A stretch of DNA of 64,000 bases from an uncultured virus (IMG/VR IMGVR_UViG_3300012347_000477) (IMGVR_UViG_3300012347_000477:1-64000), one strand, 5' to 3'; positions 35,131 to 45,784 are shown, counted from the stretch's first letter. Numbers and translations are program-made. Notes: generated by a model from the sequence alone, not told the origin.

Positions 35131-37740
35131 ATGACCGTACAATGGATTACTCCTGCTGGTAGCTTAGGGAAAGTTACTGAACGAATTATCTTAGACATTC
35201 CGTTACTAGCAACTTCAACTTCTGGAATTATCAGTTTTTCGTTAATTGCAGGCAATTTGCCTCGAGGGATTGCACTCAGCAACGGCTCACTCAAAGGTAG
35301 TCCAACCGAGGTTAGAAAATATACTGAAAGCAGATTTGTAATTCGAGCAAGTGACGGCACTGACATTGAAGATCGAACATTTAGTATAGCAGTTGACGGT
35401 AGCGATTCGCCAGAATGGATAACTGCTGAAGGATTTCTCAATGTTGGCCAGGGTGAAAATTATTTTGTACTCGATAATGAGTGGGTTGACTTTCAATTAT
35501 CTGGTACTGATCCTGACTTAATTGCTGGAGATTCTATAACTTATTATTTGGCACCTAATGGCGGCGAATTACCACCGGGTCTTGCATTATCTAAAGATGG
35601 TAGAATTTTTGGGTTTACTGACCCAGTATTTGCAGTTGATACTTCATTTGGCGGATACGATACTATTGCATTTGACGATAACTATTTCGATAAAGCCGAA
35701 AATAAATCAAACGGTTACGATTCTTACTTATATGACTTACCAGAATTTGATCATAGTGAACCAAGTCAACAACCAAAAAAACTTAGTAGATTTTATACGT
35801 TTGTCGTTGTACTAACTGATGGTATAAATGAATCCAGACGATTATTCCGAATATGGGTAGTATCTGACGATTTTTTAAAAGCAGACAACAGTATTCAGCA
35901 GGTAGACACTAATTTATTTAGAGCAGATAATACATCAAATAGATTTCCAATTTGGATCACTAACAGTAATTTAGGTACTCATCGTGCAAATAACTATCTA
36001 ACAATATATTTAGATGTGTATGATCCTCCTAGCTTATCTGGGACAATAGTATACGTGTTATTAAATAAAAATCCCGACAATAGCGATAGTATATTGCCTC
36101 CTGGGATGTCGTTAAATACTATAACTGGAGAAATTGCAGGGCGAGTACCGTACCAAGCAAGGGTATCAAAAACATACACATTTACAATGCAGGCACTTGA
36201 CTATCCTGCATCATTAGCCAATATTAACTATGTTATACAAGGCGATTGGTCTAACAATGTCCCGTATCTAGAAAATCAAGCTGTTAGGTACAACGGACTA
36301 GTTTACATCGCTATTAAAAACAATATAAATCAATTACCAACAATAATCGATAGCCTGTACTGGCATAGTACTACTGCATCTGCAGAAAAAACATTTACAA
36401 TAGAAATCATAGGCGAAATTGATAGTGCAATTAAATGGGTTACTGACTCCGACTTAGGAAATATAATCCCTAATCAGGCAAGTATTAAAACTGTAGAAGC
36501 AACTGGATTACTTGGTAGCGGATCAATATCATATCAATTAATTAGTGGTGATTTACCCCCAGGATTATCATTACTTGGAACTGGTGACATTGTTGGAAAA
36601 GTTCAACAATTTGCAGACGACAGCGGACCCGGTCTAACTAGATATTACGAAAAATTAGATTCGACAACAGATGAGTCATCATTATCTAGAAATTTTATAG
36701 TATCATTTGATAGTAACTTGACAACATTTGATAAGAAATTTGTTTTTAGTATTCTTGCAAGAGATTCGTCTAATTTTGTTGAATTAGCAAAGCAGTTTTC
36801 GATTACAGTAATTTCAGATAATACAAAAACTTTTGCTAATTTATATTTTAAAGCATTCCAGAACAAAGAAAAAAGACTAGCATGGTATGATTTTATTACT
36901 AATACTGAAATATTTAAACCATCAACAATATACAGGTATGGTGATACGAATTTCGGTATTCAAAGTGAACTTAAAGTATTAATATATGCTGGCATAGAAA
37001 GTGTAGAGGCTGTATCTTATGTACAAGCAATGAGTCGAAATCACTATCGAAAACAGTTGCGTTTTGGAGATATAAAATCAGCCGAGGCCAAAGATCCAAT
37101 AACACAACAAACAGTATACGAAGTTATATATGCAGAAATTGTAGATAATTATCAAGACGGCAATACAAGTATCTCTCAAGTACTCGAGCTGCCCGATAAA
37201 ATTAATAGCAAAGTATTAACAAGTTACGATAGTATTAAAGTCGATAACAACTCAGTTATAGTGAGTGATAGTGATCATCAACGTATATTTCCAAATTCTA
37301 TTAAAAATATGAGACGAAATATTCGTAATGTCGGCGAAAGAGATAGATCATTTTTACCACTATGGATGAAGAGTATTCAGAATCAAGCATTTGTGGAAAC
37401 TGGTTATTTATCAGCTATGGTTATTTGTTATGTTGCTCCGGGCGAATCGGCAAAGATGATATCACGCATTCAATCGGCCACTAAAAATCCTTCAAGGGGG
37501 GCATGGGATCAGAATGCAACATACTTATACGGAGATTCTGTATTATACGAAGGCAGTTTGTATACTTCTAGTAGAAGTAACATAAATAAGAATCCTAGAT
37601 TAGAATCTAATACTTGGATTAAAAATTTCGATTTTAAATCAATTGACTTTACAGTTGATCGATATCTAATTGATGTACTGGATGGCCAGATAGAGAATAA
37701 ATATCTTGCATTTCCTCAACGTGGAGAAAAATTACCGTGA
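35131..37740 (+). CDS. baseplate wedge-like protein with putative Ig repeats
   Basis: Repeated W.T..G.LG and G.LPPGL.L...G.I.G motifs. Confidence 0.7.
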   Translation: MTVQWITPAGSLGKVTERIILDIPLLATSTSGIISFSLIAGNLPRGIALSNGSLKGSPTEVRKYTESRFVIRASDGTDIEDRTFSIAVDGSDSPEWITAEGFLNVGQGENYFVLDNEWVDFQLSGTDPDLIAGDSITYYLAPNGGELPPGLALSKDGRIFGFTDPVFAVDTSFGGYDTIAFDDNYFDKAENKSNGYDSYLYDLPEFDHSEPSQQPKKLSRFYTFVVVLTDGINESRRLFRIWVVSDDFLKADNSIQQVDTNLFRADNTSNRFPIWITNSNLGTHRANNYLTIYLDVYDPPSLSGTIVYVLLNKNPDNSDSILPPGMSLNTITGEIAGRVPYQARVSKTYTFTMQALDYPASLANINYVIQGDWSNNVPYLENQAVRYNGLVYIAIKNNINQLPTIIDSLYWHSTTASAEKTFTIEIIGEIDSAIKWVTDSDLGNIIPNQASIKTVEATGLLGSGSISYQLISGDLPPGLSLLGTGDIVGKVQQFADDSGPGLTRYYEKLDSTTDESSLSRNFIVSFDSNLTTFDKKFVFSILARDSSNFVELAKQFSITVISDNTKTFANLYFKAFQNKEKRLAWYDFITNTEIFKPSTIYRYGDTNFGIQSELKVLIYAGIESVEAVSYVQAMSRNHYRKQLRFGDIKSAEAKDPITQQTVYEVIYAEIVDNYQDGNTSISQVLELPDKINSKVLTSYDSIKVDNNSVIVSDSDHQRIFPNSIKNMRRNIRNVGERDRSFLPLWMKSIQNQAFVETGYLSAMVICYVAPGESAKMISRIQSATKNPSRGAWDQNATYLYGDSVLYEGSLYTSSRSNINKNPRLESNTWIKNFDFKSIDFTVDRYLIDVLDGQIENKYLAFPQRGEKLP

Positions 37741-38876
37741 CTAGTCAAATAAATTATGCAGCAATAAATGAAAACTTTCCTGTAGCAGGGCAAGATAACG
37801 ATACACAAGTATTTAGAGATAACTTTGATACTATTAAAACTGGATTAAGGTATGCAAATACCGAAATTACTGATTTACAGACTTTTGTAGTTCGAATTGA
37901 TAAAGACAACAATTTCAACGAACATTATATATCTCGAGCTGTATTTAGAGATAATCGTAATTCTATTTTCGATGGCGGTGCAGTATCTGTACCATTTAAT
38001 ATCGACTACTCATATGGCGATTATCAAATTTATAGATTTGGTGCAAATATCCAATTAGGATTTTTATCATTTCCTGATAACAGCACATCGCCGGCAGGAG
38101 TTAGTAAAGTTACATTAGAATTATACGGTGACGGAAATATACGTACAATTACACTAGATCCTAGTAACAATATAACATATAAAAAGAATAACTGGCCGTC
38201 ACAATCAATTAATACGTTTACGGTCCAATCAACAGTAAATCCTGTAATTATCGAAATATGGAAATATCAAGATTCTACAATTTTTATTAACTATATTGGT
38301 GAATTTGCGCAAATCTCTACACCCGGTGCAGGTTCAGTTCAAACAATGTTTAAGTACATAGCAGTAGCAGGGCAAACTACATTAGCTCCAGCAACAGTCG
38401 AAAGTACGCTAACATTAACAGCAGGAAACGGCATATCATTAATAACTTCACCAACTACTAATGCAGTAACTGTATCAACAACTGTCGGATCGGGATTAAC
38501 TTCTCGAGTTACTAGGACAGGAACAACTCCAACTATTGCAAACGGTTCGACAAGTAATATATCAATACCAGGATATACTGGTTATGCATTATACAAAATT
38601 GATACATCGGCTGCTGCATGGGTTAGAGTGTACACTAGCATTGCTGGTCGAACATCTGATAGTACAAGATCAGAACTAGATGATCCTACTGCTGGATCTG
38701 GATTAATTGCCGAAGTTATAACTACAGGTGCAGAAAGTGTACTATTTAGCCCTGGAACTATTGGATTTAGTTCAGAAAGTGTACCAACTACAAATATTCA
38801 AGTAGCAGTTACAAATAAAAGCGGTGGTAGTGCAGCTATTTCAGTAACATTGACTATTTTAAAACTGGAATTATAA
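37737..38876 (+). CDS. virion structural protein
   Basis: FPVAGQDNDTQVFRDNF..IK N-terminus; shares the AVAGQTTL repeat unit. Confidence 0.7.
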   Translation: MTSQINYAAINENFPVAGQDNDTQVFRDNFDTIKTGLRYANTEITDLQTFVVRIDKDNNFNEHYISRAVFRDNRNSIFDGGAVSVPFNIDYSYGDYQIYRFGANIQLGFLSFPDNSTSPAGVSKVTLELYGDGNIRTITLDPSNNITYKKNNWPSQSINTFTVQSTVNPVIIEIWKYQDSTIFINYIGEFAQISTPGAGSVQTMFKYIAVAGQTTLAPATVESTLTLTAGNGISLITSPTTNAVTVSTTVGSGLTSRVTRTGTTPTIANGSTSNISIPGYTGYALYKIDTSAAAWVRVYTSIAGRTSDSTRSELDDPTAGSGLIAEVITTGAESVLFSPGTIGFSSESVPTTNIQVAVTNKSGGSAAISVTLTILKLEL

Positions 38877-38877
38877 T

Positions 38878-41610
38878 ATGATTTTGTCTACACCAGTACT
38901 TAGAAAATATACAGTTTGCTTATATAATTATAATGATTTAAGCACATTTTACAACGAGTTAGAAACTGAAGGGTGCTCTCCACCGAATTCTACAATTTTA
39001 AGGGCAGTAGAGTGCATTGCGCGAAGACCATTGAACAGACAAACTGGGTATTTACTAACCGATGATGAAGCTGATCAACTAAAACATGATTCAAGAGTAA
39101 AGTTTGTCGAACTGTATCCGGAAGAAGAAGGAATAACTATTTCACCGGCTATAAAACAGTATAGCAACAGCTGGCATAAAGGTTCAGCTATAGCTTCAGG
39201 CAGTCGAAATTGGGGGCTGCTAAGATCTGCTGAAGGTAAATCAAGATTAAATTGGGGTCGATTAAAAAATGAGTCGGCAACCGGAACTATTAATCTACAA
39301 TACACTGGTAAAAATGTCGATGTTATAATTTGTGATAGCGGTAGTATCCAGTCTGATCACATTGATTTTCAACAATCTGATTCTCAGGTCTCTAGGGTTA
39401 AATACTATAATTGGTTCCAGCACAATCCCGAAGTTACCGGCGGTGAAGTTGGTACATATGTAACCCCAACAATTTCTTCGCACTCTATGCATGTAGCCGG
39501 TATTGCTACAGGAAAACTAAGCGGTTGGGCCAAAGATGCAAACATATATACAATACCTTCTTCGACGCCGCAGGTGTTCGATTACATTAAGGAATTTCAT
39601 AAAAATAAACCAATTAACCCAGCGACTGGTAAAAAAAATCCAACGATAGTTAATGCCAGCTGGGGATATACTTCTTTCTCATTAAATAACAGAACAGGGA
39701 CGCCATATGTACGGGCCATTACATATCGCGGGACTCGACGCCAGCAATTTAATTTAGAGGTAGAGACCCCTACACCTGAGTATCTGCAAAACACATCTGG
39801 AGTATGCAATGAGACTTCGTTACTTGCTCAACTAGCAGGATTTGAAAATACCGGAAACAAAATAAGAACTTCTGCTACTCATACATATCCAGCTAGCATT
39901 ACTTCAACATCAATCAAGTGGAAAGTATCAGCTGCTAATACTGATAACGCTGCATATGCAACTATAAATTATCAAGGTGCACCTAGAGTTCTGACAATTA
40001 ATTTTACAACACACATTCCAAACGCAGTTATTAAAGCAGTAAATCGCGGATATGGATTTTCTGCAGTATTCGTTGAATTTGAACTAGTTTTAATCGATGC
40101 AGTTTCTGGCAACACAATTAACTCAGAAAAAAGTGCTGCAACTCGGGCTACTAACACAGATGTAATAGGACATTCACTAGCATCTACATTTACTATTGCA
40201 GACCCCGGAAACTACATTTTAGAATACAGGAATTTATCAAGAAATGCTGCAGGAACTGTTAAGCTTGTATACGCAATAGGATTATTTGAAGCAGACGCAA
40301 TAGTATCAAATATGGCAGCATCTGTTGAACAAATCCCTAATGTTCTTTTAGGGAGAGCAAATTTAATCGATTGTACTACATCTGACCAGTTTGACGAAGA
40401 TCAGACAGTTGTTGATTTTTATAAATTTAACAGATCCGACGATGTTGATGAGAGCCCGCTTGCAATTCCATTCGATTCGTATTTATTTAATAAACCATTT
40501 CAAACATATTGCATTGGTAGCGATTTTGCGTTAACAAGAAACGGGACTTCGGTATCTATGTCTAATTTTGGGTATACATCTCTGTCAATTCCTAAAATCT
40601 TATTAACATCGGGTCGTAGATCGATTACAGGAATATTTGCCGGAGTAGAAGGCGGCCCAGCTCCAAATAGAACATTTCGAATACGAGTAGAAGGGCATTA
40701 TAAACAAGACGATGCCGATCCAGCCAATCCTACTGTTATTTTTGAATATACATTTTATGAAAATGACCCATATAGAATAGATCTACAGATAGGAAGAAAT
40801 GACTGTGTTAGGCTTTCAGTAACTAATCCGAGATCATTTACTTTCGAAGAGTGTGCGAGTGCAAATTTTCCGGCAGGGTACGGGGTCCCTCGACGAGTTG
40901 CATCAGTTGACGAAGATGTAAAAGAAGCAATAGATGCAGGTGTAATCATAGTAGCAGCGGCTGGCAATACTTATTATAGAGTAGCAAACCCCAATGATCA
41001 AGATTGGGATAACACTGTAGAGCTAATATATCCTGCAGGAAGTCCGACTCCTCGATTTCAGTATGTTATTAAGTATTCACGAGGCATGTCCCCCGGCGGA
41101 CCACATGCTCCGTCAACGGATCCCAACAGTATAGGCCCTATTGTTGTTGGAGCAATTGATAGTATATATTTTGATCGAAAAGCTTCTTACAGTTTTTGCG
41201 GACCCGGGATTACTGTGTATGCACCGGGTACATACATTACTAGTGCAGTACCGCGCCCAAGTGGTACACTAACTGGGTCATTCCTAGGAAAGATGTCCGG
41301 TACTAGTATGGCAAGTCCTCAAGTAACTGGAGTACTTGCATGTATATTAGAAAAGTATCCAGACATGACGCATAATCAAGCAAGAGAATATATAAAATCA
41401 ATAGCATCAAAAAATCAAATTGTTGATAATCCCGGCGGATGGGGAAGAGATAATCGATTTTTTACAGATGACTTACAAGGATCAGATAATGCGTATCTTC
41501 GATACCCGTTTAAACAACAAACTACTGGTATGATGCATCCTTATAATACAAATAATATGAGACCGGGTAAAGGGGTAACTTACCCTAGACCGCCAACTAA
41601 AAAGAAATAA
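38878..41610 (+). CDS. subtilisin-like S8 serine protease with large insertion
   Basis: DVIICDSG (Asp), HSMHVAGIA (His), AAAGN, SGTSMASPQVTG (Ser). Confidence 0.9.
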   Translation: MILSTPVLRKYTVCLYNYNDLSTFYNELETEGCSPPNSTILRAVECIARRPLNRQTGYLLTDDEADQLKHDSRVKFVELYPEEEGITISPAIKQYSNSWHKGSAIASGSRNWGLLRSAEGKSRLNWGRLKNESATGTINLQYTGKNVDVIICDSGSIQSDHIDFQQSDSQVSRVKYYNWFQHNPEVTGGEVGTYVTPTISSHSMHVAGIATGKLSGWAKDANIYTIPSSTPQVFDYIKEFHKNKPINPATGKKNPTIVNASWGYTSFSLNNRTGTPYVRAITYRGTRRQQFNLEVETPTPEYLQNTSGVCNETSLLAQLAGFENTGNKIRTSATHTYPASITSTSIKWKVSAANTDNAAYATINYQGAPRVLTINFTTHIPNAVIKAVNRGYGFSAVFVEFELVLIDAVSGNTINSEKSAATRATNTDVIGHSLASTFTIADPGNYILEYRNLSRNAAGTVKLVYAIGLFEADAIVSNMAASVEQIPNVLLGRANLIDCTTSDQFDEDQTVVDFYKFNRSDDVDESPLAIPFDSYLFNKPFQTYCIGSDFALTRNGTSVSMSNFGYTSLSIPKILLTSGRRSITGIFAGVEGGPAPNRTFRIRVEGHYKQDDADPANPTVIFEYTFYENDPYRIDLQIGRNDCVRLSVTNPRSFTFEECASANFPAGYGVPRRVASVDEDVKEAIDAGVIIVAAAGNTYYRVANPNDQDWDNTVELIYPAGSPTPRFQYVIKYSRGMSPGGPHAPSTDPNSIGPIVVGAIDSIYFDRKASYSFCGPGITVYAPGTYITSAVPRPSGTLTGSFLGKMSGTSMASPQVTGVLACILEKYPDMTHNQAREYIKSIASKNQIVDNPGGWGRDNRFFTDDLQGSDNAYLRYPFKQQTTGMMHPYNTNNMRPGKGVTYPRPPTKKK

Positions 41611-41611
41611 T

Positions 41612-41845
41612 ATGAGTAACCCATTAGAGCAAGATCTAAGTCAGTTAAAAGAAACTGACTTAGAGGCAAAGATTCAAGAGTTAACAAAAAAATATAGCAT
41701 AGTTGCCAGAACTGGCAATCAAGGCCTATTGACACAGGTGCATAGATTCCTTATAATATATAAAACAGAGCTTTCGCAAAGGCACTTAGATCGTACTAGA
41801 TCAGATTATAACGGAGATATGGATCAATTAATCAATGTGGACTAA
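41612..41845 (+). CDS. hypothetical protein
   Basis: 77-aa ORF; contains an internal TTGACA-17-TATAAT promoter at 41729-41757. Confidence 0.7.
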   Translation: MSNPLEQDLSQLKETDLEAKIQELTKKYSIVARTGNQGLLTQVHRFLIIYKTELSQRHLDRTRSDYNGDMDQLINVD

Positions 41846-42311
41846 CACTAACGAATCACTAGTCAATGGGGTACTAAATTACGGACCTTGTATTTTAGAA
41901 AATTGTTTAATCGATCTCGATACTGTAAAACAGTATATTGATCGATTAGATACAGAGTATCTTGAGTATCCGCGCCCAGTGAATACTATTGATCCGTCGC
42001 AATGGTTTATACCTATCGAGTATCAACAGTTAGACATTGAACAACATTGCTTAACATTATGTAATACTGACGAACAGCGTTCTAGAACGCTTTACGAATT
42101 TGAATTGTATAAAAAACACAATATGATACTATTGCTTAAAACAATAAAATATATTGTAGACACATTAAGAGCAAATAATGTTTTATGGGGTGTAGGGCGC
42201 GGAAGCAGTGTTGCGAGCTATGTATTATTTTTAATCGGGATACATAAAATAGATAGCATTAAATACAACTTACCAATAGACGAATTCTTTAAAGGAGAGC
42301 AAAATGGGTAA
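41835..42311 (+). CDS. stand-alone fragment of DNA polymerase III alpha (DnaE)
   Basis: R...E..L..K.N...L....YIVD..R.NNV.WGVGRGSSVASYVLFLIGIHKIDSIKY.L. Confidence 0.8.
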   Translation: MWTNTNESLVNGVLNYGPCILENCLIDLDTVKQYIDRLDTEYLEYPRPVNTIDPSQWFIPIEYQQLDIEQHCLTLCNTDEQRSRTLYEFELYKKHNMILLLKTIKYIVDTLRANNVLWGVGRGSSVASYVLFLIGIHKIDSIKYNLPIDEFFKGEQNG

Positions 42312-42510
42312 AACATACACAAGTATGAGAGGTAGAGAAATTGATATGGAAAAACTTGCATTACAAAACGAGCTAACTCCAGCAGTTGGCAATATTCGAG
42401 TCAATGCAAGAGGAGATTTGTTAGGGCCAGGCGGACAAATTGTCAAAACAAAAGAGCAAATCCTCGAAGAGTATTATAAAAACAATCCACGATCAATTCA
42501 AGAAGGCTAA
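42304..42510 (+). CDS. hypothetical protein
   Basis: SMRG..IDM..AVGN..VNARGD.LG.GG. Confidence 0.7.
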   Translation: MGKTYTSMRGREIDMEKLALQNELTPAVGNIRVNARGDLLGPGGQIVKTKEQILEEYYKNNPRSIQEG

Positions 42511-42511
42511 A

Positions 42512-42901
42512 ATGTCATTAAACGTAAAACATGTTGTAATTAGACCAATTCGCGATGATGTAATTGTTTCGGATATGGACTTTGGTGAAATTGTAACTAA
42601 GGCCGGTATTGTTATTAAATCTGACGACGGCAAGGCCCATGGGATCAAGCCTAGATGGGGCAAAGTTTATAAAGTTGGACCGGATCAAAAAGATGTTGTT
42701 CCGGGACAATGGGTACTAGTTGAACACGGGCGATGGTCTCGCAAAGTAAAAATTAACGAAGGCAACGGTGAAGTCGAAATTCAAAAAGTAGACATAAAAT
42801 GTATGTTAGCAGTTGCTGATGAAAAACCAGCAGATGCATATATTGGCACTGAATACGGACACGGTTCTACAGCAACTATCCGGCCCGAAGATTTTATGTA
42901 A
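42512..42901 (+). CDS. groES: GroES-like co-chaperonin
   Basis: RPIRDDVIV..TKAGIV..GKVYKVGP..V.PGQWVL. Confidence 0.8.
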   Translation: MSLNVKHVVIRPIRDDVIVSDMDFGEIVTKAGIVIKSDDGKAHGIKPRWGKVYKVGPDQKDVVPGQWVLVEHGRWSRKVKINEGNGEVEIQKVDIKCMLAVADEKPADAYIGTEYGHGSTATIRPEDFM

Positions 42902-42908
42902 ATTCCTC

Positions 42909-42939
42909 ACCCGAAATTTAATTATTTCGGGTTTCTTTT
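42909..42939 (+). terminator. intrinsic terminator
   Basis: ACCCGAAAT/ATTTCGGGT stem with T-rich tail. Confidence 0.65.
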
Positions 42940-42963
42940 AATCTAACTTAAATTAATAATCCA

Positions 42964-43749
42964 ATGCGTATAGGTATAATTGGCATGGGCACAGTCGGCA
43001 AAGCAGTGTTCCATGCAAATTCTCAGTGTGACATAATTATTCGTGACCCTGCATTAGCCAATAGTGCACCACTATCTCAGTTCTCAACATGTGACGGGAT
43101 TTACGTGTGTGTTCCTAGTCCGCCCGATAACTCTGGTAAATGTGATACATTAATCCTCGAAAAGACTCTAAGGGATCTAAAGCTTGTAATTTTAAATAAT
43201 CCTATTCCTATTATTTGTAAAACAACTGCACCTCCGTCGGCTTACGAATCATTACATTTAAAATATCCAAGTATTGTACATTATCCCGAATTTCTTACAG
43301 CGGCAAACAGTAATTCTGATTATGCTAATAGTACTCGATCAATTTTAGGCGGCGATGCTGTATGGTGTAATAGAGCTAGATATGTTATTTCGCACACTCG
43401 CGATCCTAAACACGAATTCATCACTACAAACATAAAAACAGCGGCACTCTACAAATACATGATGAATTCATATCTTGCTACAAAAGTAACTTTTATGAAT
43501 GACTTTAAGTTATTAGCTGATACGCTAAATGTAAATTGGGACGAATTAACAGCGTGTGCAACGACTGATGATAGAATCGGTAACACACATTTGCAGGTTC
43601 CCGGACCAGACGGCAAATATGGTTGGGAAGGGGCTTGCTTTCCCAAGGATATATCTGCTATAATACAAGAAGCTATACAATTAAATGCAAATTTACAATT
43701 GCTAAATTCTATAGTACACATTAATCAATATCATAGGACATTAACATGA
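42964..43749 (+). CDS. ugd: UDP-glucose/GDP-mannose dehydrogenase family protein
   Basis: GIIGMGTVG, CVPSP, PEFL, KY..NSYLATKV.F.N, GACFPKD. Confidence 0.85.
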   Translation: MRIGIIGMGTVGKAVFHANSQCDIIIRDPALANSAPLSQFSTCDGIYVCVPSPPDNSGKCDTLILEKTLRDLKLVILNNPIPIICKTTAPPSAYESLHLKYPSIVHYPEFLTAANSNSDYANSTRSILGGDAVWCNRARYVISHTRDPKHEFITTNIKTAALYKYMMNSYLATKVTFMNDFKLLADTLNVNWDELTACATTDDRIGNTHLQVPGPDGKYGWEGACFPKDISAIIQEAIQLNANLQLLNSIVHINQYHRTLT

Positions 43750-44105
43750 CTCACGTCTTTAGAGATCAAGAAAAATTTATGCGATCATGCGATCAAACAG
43801 TCGGCGAAATCAATGCAGGCCAATATAGTTTGTATAAAACACTAATTGCCGAAGAGGTTAAAGAGCTAAATGAAGCCACTAGCCAAGTTGATGAGCTTGA
43901 TGCATTAATTGACATATTAGTTGTTACTATTGGTGCAATTCATAGTATGGGAGCAGACGGCGAAGGTGCATGGAAAGAAGTAATGAAAACCAACTTTGCA
44001 AAGATTGATAAAGATACTGGAAAAGTTAGAAAGCGCGAAGACGGTAAAGTACTTAAGCCAATTGGCTGGGAACCACCTGAATTATCACAATTTTTACTTA
44101 AATAA
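43746..44105 (+). CDS. MazG-like/PRA-PH NTP pyrophosphohydrolase
   Basis: LIAEEVKEL..LDALIDILVV..REDGKVLKP.GW. Confidence 0.8.
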   Translation: MTHVFRDQEKFMRSCDQTVGEINAGQYSLYKTLIAEEVKELNEATSQVDELDALIDILVVTIGAIHSMGADGEGAWKEVMKTNFAKIDKDTGKVRKREDGKVLKPIGWEPPELSQFLLK

Positions 44106-44113
44106 GTCAACTT

Positions 44114-44269
44114 ATGAAACTAATTTGCGACGAACACAATCAAGTTTATGTATGGGTAGATGATAATAATGATACAGTTATACTAAGCCCGCACTTTGAT
44201 TACGAAGAAGATGCATTACAATGGAAGTATCGCAATAATCAATTAAAGGAAAACATTAATGCAACCTAA
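44114..44269 (+). CDS. small hypothetical protein (51 aa)
   Basis: MKLICDEHNQVYVWVD..SPHFDYEEDA. Confidence 0.55.
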   Translation: MKLICDEHNQVYVWVDDNNDTVILSPHFDYEEDALQWKYRNNQLKENINAT

Positions 44270-44420
44270 AGATACAAGTAAAGGCCACTTTTACATCAGT
44301 CTTGTAAAAAGCTTTGTTCGAATTGCAGCAGGTGTTGCATGTTTTAAATATAATTTACCTGTGCTCGGTGTATTATTAATTGTAGCCGAATTGTTAGGCG
44401 TTGCCGAAGAGTTCGTATAA
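44259..44420 (+). CDS. small membrane protein (53 aa)
   Basis: AAAGGAA RBS; MQPKDTSKGHFYISLVKS..AELLGVAEEFV. Confidence 0.6.
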   Translation: MQPKDTSKGHFYISLVKSFVRIAAGVACFKYNLPVLGVLLIVAELLGVAEEFV

Positions 44421-44423
44421 AAT

Positions 44424-44615
44424 ATGCGCAATCTCGAATTAATCGATGCAGTTGTAGCGTTGCATGAAATAGCAAAGCTAGTAGATGCAGAAACTGGAAA
44501 TACTACGCTAAGCAACACTATTCGAGATTGTGCAAACACATTACACAATCTATCAATTGAAGATAGAAAAAATTCAGAATTAGTTAACAAAATCATTAAT
44601 AAGGCAAAAGAATGA
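44424..44615 (+). CDS. hypothetical protein
   Basis: 63-aa ORF coupled to the clamp loader gene. Confidence 0.6.
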   Translation: MRNLELIDAVVALHEIAKLVDAETGNTTLSNTIRDCANTLHNLSIEDRKNSELVNKIINKAKE

Positions 44616-45526
44616 AAACTTTGTGGGTAGAACAATATAGACCAAAAACTGTAGATGGGTATGTATTCCGAGACGAGAAACAACGAGCACAAATCAATAC
44701 ATGGATCAGAGAAAAGTCTATTCCGCATTTACTACTAAGTGGTAGTGCTGGTATTGGTAAAACAACACTAGCAAAGATGCTAATCCACGAAATTGGCATT
44801 GAAGATTACGATGTATTAGAAATCAATGCAAGTAGAACGAACTCAGTTGATGATGTACGAGACAAAGTGACTAATTTTGTTAGTATGATTCCGTTTGGCC
44901 CGTTTAAAGTTGTACTACTTGACGAAGCAGATTACTTAAGCCCAAATGCACAAGCGGCGTTACGTGGAGTTATGGAAGAATATCATTCTACTGCTAGATT
45001 TATTTTAACTTGCAATTACCCTAATCGAATTATTCCAGCTATTCATAGTCGATGCCAAGGATTTCATGTCGAACGAACTGATCAATCAGAATTTACTGCT
45101 CGTGTTGCAACTATTTTAATTGAAGAAAATGTAGAATTTGATCTCGATACGTTAGATTTGTATGTTAAAGTAGCATATCCTGATTTAAGAAAATGTATTA
45201 ATTTAGTTCAACAAAATGTACAGAACAATAAACTAGCAGCACCTAGTGCCGGCGACGAAGGCGAGCAAGAATGGAAGTTTGAGATGGTACAGCTATTTAA
45301 AGCTGGTAAAATTAGTGAAGCAAGAAAATTGCTGTGTGGAAGAATTCGTGCAGAAGAAATGGAAGAGGTATATCGCTGGTTGTATGATAACATTGCTATC
45401 TTTGGCGATGATGCTAATCAAGATAAAGCTATTCTTATCATCAAGCAAGGTCTTGTTGATCACACCATTTGTGCAGACTCTGAGATCAATTTAGCCGCAG
45501 TGTTAATCAAGTTATCAAGACTATAA
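44612..45526 (+). CDS. clamp loader subunit (RFC/gp44-like AAA+)
   Basis: WVEQYRP, GSAGIGKTT, EINAS, LLDEAD, SRC. Confidence 0.93.
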   Translation: MKTLWVEQYRPKTVDGYVFRDEKQRAQINTWIREKSIPHLLLSGSAGIGKTTLAKMLIHEIGIEDYDVLEINASRTNSVDDVRDKVTNFVSMIPFGPFKVVLLDEADYLSPNAQAALRGVMEEYHSTARFILTCNYPNRIIPAIHSRCQGFHVERTDQSEFTARVATILIEENVEFDLDTLDLYVKVAYPDLRKCINLVQQNVQNNKLAAPSAGDEGEQEWKFEMVQLFKAGKISEARKLLCGRIRAEEMEEVYRWLYDNIAIFGDDANQDKAILIIKQGLVDHTICADSEINLAAVLIKLSRL

Positions 45527-45535
45527 GGAAATATT

Positions 45536-45784
45536 ATGTCCGCAAGATATATGTTAGTAACATATTTTAAAAATCCCAAAGGTAAATGGGATGAAATTAC
45601 GCAATTTAAAAATAATTTAAAACTCAAGCACATGCAGACTGCAAAGGTTATATTAGATTTTAAACAAAAACGATGTGTAGTCAATACCATCAATCCCGAA
45701 GCCGGGTTTGATGATATGCTTGAATTTTATAAAAGGGTTCTTGGAGATCGATTAACTCCGCATTTACCTCAAGACTCTTTGTAA
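45536..45784 (+). CDS. hypothetical protein
   Basis: RBS and 82-aa ORF. Confidence 0.7.
   Translation: MSARYMLVTYFKNPKGKWDEITQFKNNLKLKHMQTAKVILDFKQKRCVVNTINPEAGFDDMLEFYKRVLGDRLTPHLPQDSL

Noticed and set aside
25589..41000. Many short minus-strand ORFs across the structural block
   Set aside because: Codon-bias shadows of the long plus-strand genes.
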